From NCBI GenBank assembly GCA_963809895.1, contig CAWELD010000010.1, positions 352,001 through 416,000 of the forward strand: 64,000 bases of DNA, given 5' to 3'. Below are positions 32,689 through 42,557 of this stretch, piece after piece. How positions within the stretch are numbered: the stretch's first letter is position 1; each line of letters begins with the position of its first letter. The notes beneath the pieces are model-generated. The model was not told the DNA's origin. It ran no database searches and saw nothing but the letters and a program-made list of their open reading frames with translations. This DNA comes from an uncultured Gemmatimonadales bacterium. GTDB taxonomy: Bacteria; Gemmatimonadota; Gemmatimonadetes; Longimicrobiales; Gaopeijiaceae. A program made the position numbers and the translations under genes.

Positions 32689-32739
32689 GGATTCACGTGC
32701 CTTGTGTTTCGGGAAACGCGTGGGTCGTTCATCGGGTCA

Positions 32740-33566
32740 TCAGTACGAGATGAGGGTACGCACACCACCCTTGTAGATCTCGATGATGCCCGGGCGGGTC
32801 GGAGTGCTCGCGGTGCCCGTGCGGACCGTCCCCGAGGCTCGACGCTCACCGGTCGAGGAGGCCCGAAACCCGCTCACCGGGCGTGTCCACTTCGTCCAGG
32901 TCCAGCATGTTGCGGAGCGCCATCTGGATGCGGCCCTGGGTCGATGCAAGAACCAGCTTCTCGGCTTGCTCGGGTGTGACCAGAACCGTCACCACCGTCA
33001 CCGTCATGGGCTTGCCGTCTTCGTCGCGGCGGATCTCCTGCCCTGCCGCCAGAGCACGGATATTCTGGAGAATGACCTTGCTGCGGGCATCGGACGATCC
33101 ACTGGGCGTGATGGTGAGGATCACGTCGACCCGGGTTTGTGGAGTCACGAAGCCCGCTACGCCGACCACTTCGTCCACACGGACGCTGAGCGCACGCATC
33201 CCCGGCGGAATCAAGGGCGGCAATCCGCCGCCTTCCGCGGCATCGGCGAGCTTGGCGTCCAGGATGGGCTCGTTCGTGCGATACTTCGGCCACCAGCCCG
33301 CGGCCCACGACATCGCTCACGGCGCGGGCGTAGCCGTCGGGAACGGCCCCCGCTGGCCAGTCCACCAAGCGGATGTCGTCGTCGGTGATCACCTCGCCCA
33401 GACCCATGTCTCGTGCGGCGATCACGACGGGCAGCGTCGAGCCTCCCGACTCCGCTGCCACCAGCCTCGTGGGTCGTTGGCGCAGGAAGGTGAGAATTGA
33501 ATACCCGGCCACGGCTCCCGAGAGCACCGCGAGCAGGAGAATGAGCGGAAGTCGCTTCGGTCTCAT
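32740..33566 (-). CDS. cpaB: Flp pilus assembly protein CpaB/RcpC, frameshifted
   Basis: SAF domain VVIAARD; GMRALSVRVDEVVGVAGFV; RVDVILT; VTPEQAEKLVLA. Confidence 0.9.
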
Positions 33567-33582
33567 GGCATCATGCTCCCGG

Positions 33583-33993
33583 CTACTCGTTTCTCATGAC
33601 GATTTCACTGGTCAACGTCAGCACATTGTCTCCCTGAACCAAGGCTACCAGTGCACCGATCCACGCGAGCTGGTAGTCGTACTCGATCTTCACGGTGGTG
33701 GGGTTGCCGGTTCCGGAGCGGAACCCCGTGATGGTGACCGTAGCGGAGTCGATGCTCGCCCTCTGCAGCGCGGCTCCGATGACGGCCCGGACGCTGTCCT
33801 CGCTCACGCCTGTATCGTCGACGACCGCGGTGCGCGCTCCCTCGCGCGCAGCGTCGGTGATCACCTGGAAGACGTTCCAGGCCCGGGCGAAGTCCACCAG
33901 TCCCAGGATCAACATCAGGAGGATGGGGACCACCAGCGCGAACTCCACCAGCGCCTGTCCTCTGCGGCGGTCGCCGCGCCGGGCGCGTCTCAC
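33583..33993 (-). CDS. tadE: TadE-family pseudopilin
   Basis: RGQALVEFALVVP..GLVDF..AAREGAR motif. Confidence 0.9.
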   Translation of the reverse strand: MRRARRGDRRRGQALVEFALVVPILLMLILGLVDFARAWNVFQVITDAAREGARTAVVDDTGVSEDSVRAVIGAALQRASIDSATVTITGFRSGTGNPTTVKIEYDYQLAWIGALVALVQGDNVLTLTSEIVMRNE

Positions 33994-34533
33994 CGGAGTC
34001 CCTGGAGCAGTCCAGGGAAGAACCAGGCCGCCAGGCCGCCGACCGCGATGGCGACCCCGTAGGGAACGGGCGAGTGCCCCGACGTGGTAAGCGTCCTCCG
34101 TCGTCCGGCCCGGCCGAAGGTCACCACCCAGACCATCAGGTTCTGGGTCGCCAGCAGGACCGGCCCGATGGTGCCGGTACGGAGGGCCCATGCCAGGGTC
34201 AGCAGCCGCGCCGGCGATGCCGCCGTACAGAGCGGTGAGCACCAGACCCGTCGGGCCGAGGAACGCTCCGACTGCGGCCAGGAGCTTGGCGTCGCCGGCC
34301 CCAAGGGCGCCCAGCGCGAACAATGGAAAGCCGATGCCGAGTCCCAACGCCATCCCCGCCAGTGCCGACAGCGGAAGGCCGTGCGCCTCGAGGATGCCGA
34401 AGGCCAGACCCACCAGTACCCCCGCGCCCGTAAGCACGTTCGGAATACGGCGATCACGGATGTCCAACGCCGCCGCGGTCAGCAGCAGCAGGGTGAAGGC
34501 CGTGAGCTTGATGGACAGGATGGGGCTCGACAT
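33990..34533 (-). CDS. cpaA: Prepilin peptidase CpaA/TadV (A24), frameshift near 34210
   Basis: DIRDRRIPN, GAGDAKL; C-terminal VPYGVAIAVG in the second frame. Confidence 0.88.
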
Positions 34534-34573
34534 TTGGACAGGTGGAAGGAGTCAGAGGGAAGACTCAGGACGA

Positions 34574-34594
34574 CCGGGCCCCGACGGGGCCCGG
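34574..34594 (-). terminator. Hairpin immediately after the Flp pilin gene
   Basis: CCGGGCCCC-GAC-GGGGCCCGG 9-bp stem; no strong U-tract. Confidence 0.5.
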
Positions 34595-34616
34595 CCATCC
34601 TGAAAAGCAATCCCCG

Positions 34617-34811
34617 TCAGGTCGTTGAGTAGCCGGAACCCGGGGCATTTCCGAGCCTGTCCGAAATGTTCTTGAAGACGTCCCCGATGGCGTCCCGGAA
34701 CACGATGAGGATCGCGATCAGCCCGATGGACACCAGCGCGATGATCAGCGCGTACTCGGTGAGGCCCTGACCCGACTCATCGGTCCAGAACCGCTTCATG
34801 AGATCCTGCAT
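34617..34811 (-). CDS. flp: Flp-family type IVc major pilin
   Basis: DESGQGLTEYALIIALV Flp motif; 64 aa; AGGAG RBS. Confidence 0.95.
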   Translation of the reverse strand: MQDLMKRFWTDESGQGLTEYALIIALVSIGLIAILIVFRDAIGDVFKNISDRLGNAPGSGYSTT

Positions 34812-34956
34812 GGTCGCTCCTTTCGGCCCGCGGGCCGAGGTGAATGAGCCCAGGCGACCCTCGTTGGCCGCCCCGTGGCGTGGTCCCGGTCGTCAATTCG
34901 ACCGGACGACAAGGCCCAGCGCCCGTTTCGGGGGGGCCTGTGCTGCCAGGTCGTGT

Positions 34957-34973
34957 ATCACGGGGCGTGCCAA
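34957..34973 (-). promoter_or_regulatory. Putative sigma54 promoter of the flp/tad operon
   Basis: TTGGCACGCCCCGTGAT on the - strand: ideal -24 box, -12 box GA instead of GC. Confidence 0.5.
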
Positions 34974-35190
34974 GAGGGCGTCAATTCCGTAAGTGATTGT
35001 TTTTGCAGTTATTTAGATCGATGGACCGGTTCGCCGGATCGTGGGGCTGTAATGCCGCGTTACACCTCGCCTCCGATCCGGTGTTACAGATGACGGTGCT
35101 TTGACGGCCGCAATGGCTGTTGGTGCGCGAGTCAAGGGTGCATGCGGTGACCCAAGCGGCCCGGGACATCGCCGGGGAGAAGGGGAGGGG

Positions 35191-35706
35191 TCAGATCTCC
35201 GCGCACGCGTGAGGATCGCGGTGTGATTGACCGCGATGCGATCCATGACCTCCCCGTTCTCGCGGACCGTCACGGAGCGGAGGGGAACGAAGCTCGGATT
35301 GGAGTCCAGATAGTCGGACATGCGCTGCTCGTCGGCGATGTTCAGCCGAACGCGGAGTCCCAGGTCACCCAGCCACTCCAACTCCACCTCACGAGACTCT
35401 CGGTGGGACGATGGCGGAGGACAGGGACAGAAAGGGATCCTGTGGCACGATCCACACGATCTGGGAGATTCGGATCGCGAGGTGGGGGAGCGAGCCCTCA
35501 CCGCGACCGTCCAGCCATCGTACCGAGGTGAGGTTGAGGAAGGCCTTTCGAGAGTCGAGAAAGCCGATGAGGGACTGCCCTTCCGCTACGTGCATGACCC
35601 CCTCGAGGGCTCGATTCCCGCGCAGGAGGAGGCGAACGGGGCGCTGGTGCAGGTAGACCCACCGCGGTCGCGGCGGAGTACGGCTCGGGGGCGGGGAGGA
35701 GGGCAT
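35191..35706 (-). CDS. Hypothetical protein with two similar beta-rich repeats, frameshifted
   Basis: LEGVMHVAEGQSLIGFLDSRKAFLNLTSV..HLAIRISQI and LRVRLNIADEQRMSDYLDSNPSFVPLRSV..RIAVNHTAI. Confidence 0.6.
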
Positions 35707-35723
35707 GGACGGCCTCGGCGAAG

Positions 35724-37103
35724 TCAGGTCACCAGGCGATGACGGTCGATCATACGGTCGAGCCTCGGCCGTGAGATGTCCAGGATGCGCGCCGTGGCGC
35801 TCTTGTTTCCGCCGGTCTGCATCAGGACACGCTGGACATATCGGCGCTCGATGCCTCCAGGCTTCCCCGGTCGTTTCCTCGTCGCTCGGCACGGCCTCGT
35901 GGGCCTCCAACGCGTCACCCGAGAATACCTGGCCCTCGAGACCGCCCACGTCCTTGAAGGTGAGCGCGGGCCCCCGGCACAGGGCGACCGCCCGCGTGAG
36001 GATGTTCTCGAGCTCCCGTACGTTGCCCGGCCAATCGCGTCTCACCAGCTCCGCCATCACGGTCGGGGGCACCACCGGAACCGGGCGACCCAGGGTGTCG
36101 CCGGCCGCGCGCCAGCAGATGGCTGACGAGCAGAGGGATGTCGGAGCGGCGTGCCCGCAGGGGCGGGACGTGAATCTCGATGACCTGAAGTCGGAAGTAG
36201 AGGTCCTCGCGGAACTCCCCTGCTCGTACCAGCTCTTCCAGGGGCTGGTGCGTGGCGGCGATGACCCTGGCCCGCGTCCTTCGCAGATCCTCACCCCCCA
36301 GCCGGTAGAACTCGCGCTCCTGAAGCACGCGGAGGAGCTTCGCCTGGAACGCCAGGCTGGTGTCGCCGATTTCGTCCAGGAAGATGGTGCCGTCGCCAGC
36401 CAGTTCGAAGCGTCCGAGCCGGTCGGCGCTCGCCCCGGTGAATGCGCCCTTCACGTGTCCGAAGAGCTCGGACTCGAGAAGGCTGTCCGGTACCGCCGCG
36501 CAGTTCACCGGGACGAAGGGCTCCGACGCGTAGGCCGAGTTTTCGTGTATGGCGCGAGCCACCAGCTCCTTGCCCGTTCCGGTCTCACCCCGGATCAGCA
36601 CGGCCGCGCGACTCGACGCGAGCGTGCCGACCGTCTTGTAGAGCTCCATCATTACGGGATCCCGCCCGACCAGCCCGCCCGCCGTGCCCTGTAGACAGGG
36701 CGGAGCCGCGCCGTCTTGTTGGGTGCTGCGCTGCTCGGAGAAACAGCGGCGCAGGATGTCGTCGAACTGGTCCAGGTCCAGCGGCTTCACCAGGTAGTCG
36801 TAGGCCCCGTCCTTCATGGCGTCGATGGCGCCCTGGATGCCGGCGAAGCCCGTCACCACGACCACCTCCACCCCGGGGGCGTCGGCTCGGATGCGGCGCA
36901 GGAGCTCGAAGCCCGTCATCTCCGGCATCTGGATGTCCGTGATCACGACCTGGGGTCGGAATTCGTCGATCCGGGCCAAGGCCCGGAGGGCGTCCTCGAC
37001 GGCCATGACCCGGTAGCCCTCGCGGGTCAAGATGTCGCTCCAGTGTGAGGCGGTGCGCCTCGTCGTCTTCCACGAGGAGAATGCGTTGCTCGTGCTCGCT
37101 CAT
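35724..37103 (-). CDS. sigma54-dependent response regulator (NtrC/AtoC family), frameshifted
   Basis: Receiver ILLVEDDE..TDIQMP; GETGTGKE; GAFTGA; FLDEIG; WPGNVRELEN; Fis-type HTH GGNKSATARILDIS. Confidence 0.93.
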
Positions 37104-38884
37104 GACAACCCGCGCTGTGGTTCGGGGCGAGAAACGGTGCGACCCGCGATGGAACGGTCGGGCCCCACCGTCATCCATTGGGGCAGGTACACGCGTGACG
37201 TCGACACCTGCTCGGAGGCGACCGCGGCAAGGGGCACCTCCACGACGAACTCGGCGCCGCTCTCCGTCTCCGGAAGCTCGGCCAGGTAGAGATCGCCGCC
37301 GCCGTCGCGCATGGTCCGTTGCGCGGCCGCGAGGCCGATTCCAGAGCCATTGCCTTTGGTCGTGAAGAACGGTTGAAAGATCCGGTCTCGGAGCCTGGGC
37401 GGAATGCCGGAGCCGGTGTCTCGCACGTGGATGGCGACATTGGGTCGTCCGTCGCCCGAGACGGCGAGGCGTGACGAGATCACGATGGCGCCGCCTTCGG
37501 GTTGGGCCTCCACGGCGTTTACCAGCAAGTTCATCAGGACGCCCTTGAATTGGCCCGGAACGGCCAGGACCCGGTCGGCCGCGGGATCCAACTCGACGTT
37601 GATGTCCACACCGGCTTCGCGGCACTGTTCAGCCATGAGCTGGACCGCTTCCTCCACGATACCGAGGACGCTCACCTCGACGCGCTGGCCGCCCGAGTTG
37701 GCGCCGAGCCGCAGCACCTGATTGACCGAGCTGGCGAGGCGATCGACCTCACGCAGGCTCAGCTCCATCAGCTCCCGGGAATCCTCGGGGACGCGGCCGT
37801 GACGCAGATCCCTGTCCAGGACCTGGAGGTTCATGCGGATGGAGCTGAGCGGGTTGCGGATCTCGTGGGCCAGGTAGGACGTCAGCCGGCCCACCACTGC
37901 CAAGCGGCCTTCCTGGTCGACGCGTTGGATCATCTGGCGGAGCCGCTCGAGCATCTGGGCGAACGCCATGCTCAGGCGGCCGACCTCATCGTTGCCGGGG
38001 GGCGGTAACCAGGGGTCGAGGTCGCCGTCGCCGATCCGTTCTGCCGCCTCGGTGAGCCTCTCCAGGGACCGGACGAGCTCGCGCAGGAGCACCGAAAAGG
38101 CCAACGCCGTGCTCAGTGTCAGCAGCAGGACGAAGAGCCAGTAGGAGCGCTGGATCTGGTCCAGGGGATCGAGGACCGCCGCCCGGGCCATGGAGGTCGC
38201 GGCGACCCAGGGCCGGTCCGCCAGCGGTTGGAAGCTCGCGAATCGGTCCGCGAAGCCCGAATCGTCCGCGCTCGGTCCCCCGTCCGCCGCCGCGAGCAAC
38301 GCGTGGGCGTTGGACTGGCACGGCGAGGCGAGGACCACGGTCCCGCTGTTGGCGTCGAAGACCGTGTACGTGCGGGACCGGTCTTCCATGGACGGCAGAC
38401 CCAACCCGTCCGGCCATACGCCCGCGCGAATCGAGAGGCGATCAGCCCCCTGCGGGGGTCGTGAGAGCTCGCTCAAAGTGGCGAGGCGGTCGCTTCGGCA
38501 TCGGGTGGCCTCGTCGGGAACGGAGCCCCAGGAGCGAATCACCGTACCGGATCGGAGGATCTGCACGTACGCCAGGGCGTCGGGTGGCAGCCCGAGTTCG
38601 GTCGCCCAGCCGGCGAGCTCGCCCGGCATGGTCGTGAGGGAATCGTCGTGGACCCCAGAGGCGAGGTCGTCGAGGCGATTCTCCACGCGCACGAGCGCCT
38701 GGTCCAACTCCGACGAGAGACGTGAGGCCGAACCGCTCAGGACACCCATCATGACCTGCCCGACCAAGCCTTCCGCCTGGCGTGCGCCGAACGCGGCGAC
38801 GCCCAGGAGCGGAAGGATGGCCAATCCCACGAAAAGCAGGATGATGCGACCCCGAAGGGACATTGGGCGGGACTCCTCGAACAT
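37100..38884 (-). CDS. Membrane sensor histidine kinase (HAMP, HisKA, HATPase)
   Basis: Two TM helices, HAMP, AHEIRNPL, NLLVNAVEA, DTGSGI, FFTTK, GSGIGL. Confidence 0.93.
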   Translation of the reverse strand: MFEESRPMSLRGRIILLFVGLAILPLLGVAAFGARQAEGLVGQVMMGVLSGSASRLSSELDQALVRVENRLDDLASGVHDDSLTTMPGELAGWATELGLPPDALAYVQILRSGTVIRSWGSVPDEATRCRSDRLATLSELSRPPQGADRLSIRAGVWPDGLGLPSMEDRSRTYTVFDANSGTVVLASPCQSNAHALLAAADGGPSADDSGFADRFASFQPLADRPWVAATSMARAAVLDPLDQIQRSYWLFVLLLTLSTALAFSVLLRELVRSLERLTEAAERIGDGDLDPWLPPPGNDEVGRLSMAFAQMLERLRQMIQRVDQEGRLAVVGRLTSYLAHEIRNPLSSIRMNLQVLDRDLRHGRVPEDSRELMELSLREVDRLASSVNQVLRLGANSGGQRVEVSVLGIVEEAVQLMAEQCREAGVDINVELDPAADRVLAVPGQFKGVLMNLLVNAVEAQPEGGAIVISSRLAVSGDGRPNVAIHVRDTGSGIPPRLRDRIFQPFFTTKGNGSGIGLAAAQRTMRDGGGDLYLAELPETESGAEFVVEVPLAAVASEQVSTSRVYLPQWMTVGPDRSIAGRTVSRPEPQRGLS

Positions 38885-38916
38885 GCGGACAGGTCATGCG
38901 AGGAACACCCGACCGT

Positions 38917-38933
38917 GGCAACTCCGGTGCCAG
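38917..38933 (-). promoter_or_regulatory. sigma54 -24/-12 promoter of the two-component operon
   Basis: CTGGCACCGGAGTTGCC on the - strand, near-consensus TGGCAC-N5-TTGC. Confidence 0.78.
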
Positions 38934-39130
38934 GGGCGCCAAGGACCCGTCAAACGTGGCGTTCGCAGGAAAAAGCGGGAACATCTGGCGTCAGCCAGCC
39001 CCGGAAACCGGCAAAATGCCGCGCGAAGTGTAGTGATCACGCCACATTATGTTGCAGTGGGGCGTCGAGTCAAGGATCCTGATTCGGGCGTTTATGCAAG
39101 ATTTCTGCAGAAAGCAGCGTGTCTGACCGC

Positions 39131-39337
39131 CTAGCCCTTCCCACCGTCCAGGAAGGAGCGCCCGTCGGGGTCGGGGGCCGGACGCACCTCGACCAGGTCC
39201 CCACGGACGCGCACCTCGCCGGGAAGCTCCCGGGCCGCGGCCGCCAGCGCCTCGCCGATGTCGGTGGCCTCCACGGCGAAGGTGTGGTAGCGGACCGGAC
39301 GCTCACCGTATCGAACCGTCACCTGATAGCGTTTCAT
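39131..39337 (-). CDS. Small hypothetical protein (68 aa)
   Basis: MKRYQVTVRYG... fills the intergenic gap with protein-like composition. Confidence 0.6.
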   Translation of the reverse strand: MKRYQVTVRYGERPVRYHTFAVEATDIGEALAAAARELPGEVRVRGDLVEVRPAPDPDGRSFLDGGKG

Positions 39338-39389
39338 GGCTCGGGCTACCCGGCTTCCCCCCCGGCGTTTCTGCCTCTACACTCCCCCC

Positions 39390-40691
39390 ATGACCTTTGC
39401 CGAAAGCCTCTACCGCGCCGCGCTGGTCACGGTCAGGGTCGGCTCACCTCTGCTGCGTGGGGGCGATTCGAAGCTGGCCAGGGGTCTGCGGGGACGGCGG
39501 GACACGGTGGACCGATTCGCTGCCTGGGCCGCCGAGGCCCGGGACCCGAGCCGCGCCCTGGTGTGGTTCCACGCCCCCTCGGTCGGAGAGGGTCTCCAGG
39601 CCCGGGCCGTTCTGGAGGAGCTCCGTCGGCTCCGTCCGGACGCACAGACGGTGTTCACGCATTTCTCGCCCTCGGCCGAGGCCCTGGCCCGGGCCCTGCC
39701 CGCCGACGTCGCCGACTACCTGCCCTGGGACCTCGGGGGCGACATGCGGCGCATGCTCACTGTCCTGGATCCGGCGCTGATCGCCTTCACCAAGACCGAG
39801 GTGTGGCCCACCCTGTCCGCGCTGGCGGCGCGAGCCGGGGTGCCGACGGCGCTGGTGGCGGCGACGCTCCCGGACGCTTCGTCCCGCCGGGGCCCGCTGG
39901 CGCGCTGGCTGCTCGGTCCTTCGTACCGGCGCCTCGAGGCGGTGCTGGCCATCGCCCGCGAAGACGCCACCAACCTGGAGGCGCTGGGAGCCCGCCCGAC
40001 GGCGCTCCAGGTGACCGGCGACCCCGGGATCGACTCCGCGGCGCAGCGCGCCCAGGCCGCGGATCCCACGAGCCCGTTCCTGGCACCGTTCCTCACCGAC
40101 CCGGCGCCCACGCTCGTCGCGGGCTCGACCTGGGCCGACGACCACGCCGTGCTCGTGCCGGGGGGCTCGATCCTCCGACGTGACACCCCCGATCTGCGCC
40201 TCGTGGTCGCGCCGCACGAGCCCCATGCCGCCGAGGTGCGTGCCGTGAGCCAGGCCCTGGCCGCCGAGGGGTGGCGGGTGTCCACCCTGGGCGAGGTGGA
40301 GGAGCGCGGCGCCGTGGACGACGCCACGGCGGTGGTGGTGGACCGGGTCGGTGTGCTTGCGCATCTCTACACCGTCGCCGCGGTGGCCTACGTCGGCGGG
40401 GGATTCGGCAGCGACGGCCTCCACTCGGTCCTGGAGCCCGCGGCGGCAGGCGTGCCGGTGGCCTTCGGTCCCCATCATGCCAACGCCCGCGCGGCCACGG
40501 ACCTGCTCCGGGAGGGTGGCGGTGCGGAGGTCCACGACCCCGGGTCACTGTCGTCGGCGCTGGGCCGCTGGCTGGCGGACGAGGACGCGCGCATGTCCGC
40601 ATCCGAGGCTGCCCGGGGTTATATTGCACGGCACCGGGGAGCAGCTCTCCGGTGCGCCGAATCGCTGTCCTCTCTCATGCCTTCCGCCTGA
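39390..40691 (+). CDS. waaA: 3-deoxy-D-manno-octulosonic acid (Kdo) transferase
   Basis: WFHAPSVGE, YLPWD, EVWP, AGSTW, YVGGGF..HSVLEPAA. Confidence 0.9.
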   Translation: MTFAESLYRAALVTVRVGSPLLRGGDSKLARGLRGRRDTVDRFAAWAAEARDPSRALVWFHAPSVGEGLQARAVLEELRRLRPDAQTVFTHFSPSAEALARALPADVADYLPWDLGGDMRRMLTVLDPALIAFTKTEVWPTLSALAARAGVPTALVAATLPDASSRRGPLARWLLGPSYRRLEAVLAIAREDATNLEALGARPTALQVTGDPGIDSAAQRAQAADPTSPFLAPFLTDPAPTLVAGSTWADDHAVLVPGGSILRRDTPDLRLVVAPHEPHAAEVRAVSQALAAEGWRVSTLGEVEERGAVDDATAVVVDRVGVLAHLYTVAAVAYVGGGFGSDGLHSVLEPAAAGVPVAFGPHHANARAATDLLREGGGAEVHDPGSLSSALGRWLADEDARMSASEAARGYIARHRGAALRCAESLSSLMPSA

Positions 40692-40707
40692 TCCGTTTCA
40701 AGCCATC

Positions 40708-41058
40708 GTGACCCATTCCGACACCGGTGCCGGCATCCCCGAGATGACGGTCGACGAACTCAAGCAACGCATGGACGAGGAGCAGCCGTTGCTCCTCGTG
40801 GACGTGCGTGAAGCCTTCGAGAGTGAGATCGCGGATCTCCCGGAATACGGGCAACACCGCATTCCGCTGGGGGAATTCCCGGCGCGGCTCCACGAACTGG
40901 ACAAGGACCGGCCGTTGGTCGTGTACTGCCGTACCGGCAACCGCAGCGCCTGGGCGGTCCAGTTCCTGCAGCATCGCGGGTTCGAGAACGTCTGGAACCT
41001 GAGCGGAGGGGTCATGGCATGGCGCGAGGAGGTGGATCCATCGCTCCAGCAGTACTGA
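40708..41058 (+). CDS. Rhodanese-like domain protein
   Basis: LVDVRE, VVYCRTGNRS, NLSGGVMAW. Confidence 0.9.
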   Translation: MTHSDTGAGIPEMTVDELKQRMDEEQPLLLVDVREAFESEIADLPEYGQHRIPLGEFPARLHELDKDRPLVVYCRTGNRSAWAVQFLQHRGFENVWNLSGGVMAWREEVDPSLQQY

Positions 41059-41078
41059 GGAGCGCGCGATTCGCCGTC

Positions 41079-42546
41079 GTGGTCGGCGCCCTCTGGCTAG
41101 GGGGCGCGGCCTGCGGCGGGTCCGGAGGCGACGTACCCGCTGGCGACCCCGCGCTGGATGGCGTCGCCGACGCCGAAGCGACCCCTCGGGCGCCGGCCAG
41201 CGCTGAGCAGGTGGCGCGCGCGGGGGCGGACTCCGATGCGTCGTCCCAGGCGCCCGCCGATGCGCCGTCTGCCAGCGCCGGCGACTCCGCACCGGCCCAG
41301 GTGGTGCCACGCGATCCCCCTCCGCCCGTCGAGATCCCCGACGAGCCTCCGGTCTTCGAGCGTCCAGAGCACATCCGGGGCATCTACCTGAACGCCTGGA
41401 CCGCAGGCTCGAGTCGCCGTGTCGGCCAGCTCCTGGAGCTCGCGCGCCGGACCGAGATCAACACCTTCGTCATCGACATCAAGGACGCGTCGGGATACGT
41501 GAGTCACGCCAGCGCCGTGGCGGCGGTGCGAGATGTCGGCGCCACCGGCGAGCTGCGCATCCACGACCTGCCCGCGCTCCTCTGGCGCCTGCACGACGCC
41601 GGCATCTATCCCATCGCCCGCATCGTCATCGTCAAGGATCCCGTGCTCATCCAGGCCCGGCCCGAGCTGGCGGTGCAGGACACCGCTGGCGGCGCGTGGG
41701 TGGACTCCAAGGGATTCGTGTGGCTGAACCCCTACGACCGGCGCGTCTGGGAGTACCACGCGGATCTCGCGGAGGAGGTCGCGCGCCTGGGATTCCCGGA
41801 GATCCAATGGGACTACGTGCGCTTTCCGGATGCGCCGGCGGCGGACATGGCCCGCGCTCGCTTTCCGGGTGACTCGGTCGGGGTGCGAACGGAGGCCATT
41901 CGCGGCTTTCTCGGGTTACGCCCGCGAGCGACTGGCCAAGCTCGACGTGCGCATGATGGCCGACGTGTTCGGGGTCACGACGTCGTACCACAACGACGTG
42001 GGCATCGGGCAGTTGTGGGAGCGCTTCATCGACCGGGTCGACGCGGCGCTGCCCATGGTCTACCCCAGCCACTACTGGCCCGGCGCCTACGGGTTCGAGA
42101 ATCCCAATGCGCACCCGTACGAGGTCGTGCTCCAGGCCCTCGACGACGCCACGGCTCGCTCCGCCGCCGTGCCCGACGCGGGTGCGGTCGTGCCCTGGCT
42201 CCAGGACTTCTCCCTGGGGGATCCCGACTACGGCGCGCCCGAGGTGCGGGCCGAGATCCAGGCCACGTACGACGCGGGGATTCAGGACTGGGTGCTGTGG
42301 AACCCCGGGAGCCACTACACCGAGGCGGCCCTGGAGCCGACCGGGGGATTCCGCAGCGAACCCAGGATCCTGGTGGCGGGGCGTGTCGTGCCGGTCTCCC
42401 AGCGCCGCACGGTCCTGGCCCAGGTCGAGGCCGCGCGGGACAGCGCCCGCGCCGCGGCGGAGGCCCGGAAAGCGGCCGCCGACTCGGCCAGGACGGCCCG
42501 GGACAGCACCGTGGCGGACACGTCGAGGGTCAGGCGGCGGCGCTGA
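41079..42546 (+). CDS. Putative glycoside hydrolase (DUF4015-like) lipoprotein, frameshift near 41915
   Basis: GAAC lipobox; RGIYL, VIDIKD, EIQWDYVRFPD; second frame ADVFG, PMVYPSHY, PWLQDF, LWNP. Confidence 0.75.
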
Positions 42547-42557
42547 TCTCTTCCCGG

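Noticed and set aside
33583..34533. Apparent prepilin peptidase-TadE fusion
   Set aside because: Frameshift near 34210. The peptidase C-terminus (VPYGVAI) is in another frame ending at 33990, and TadE starts at GTG 33993.
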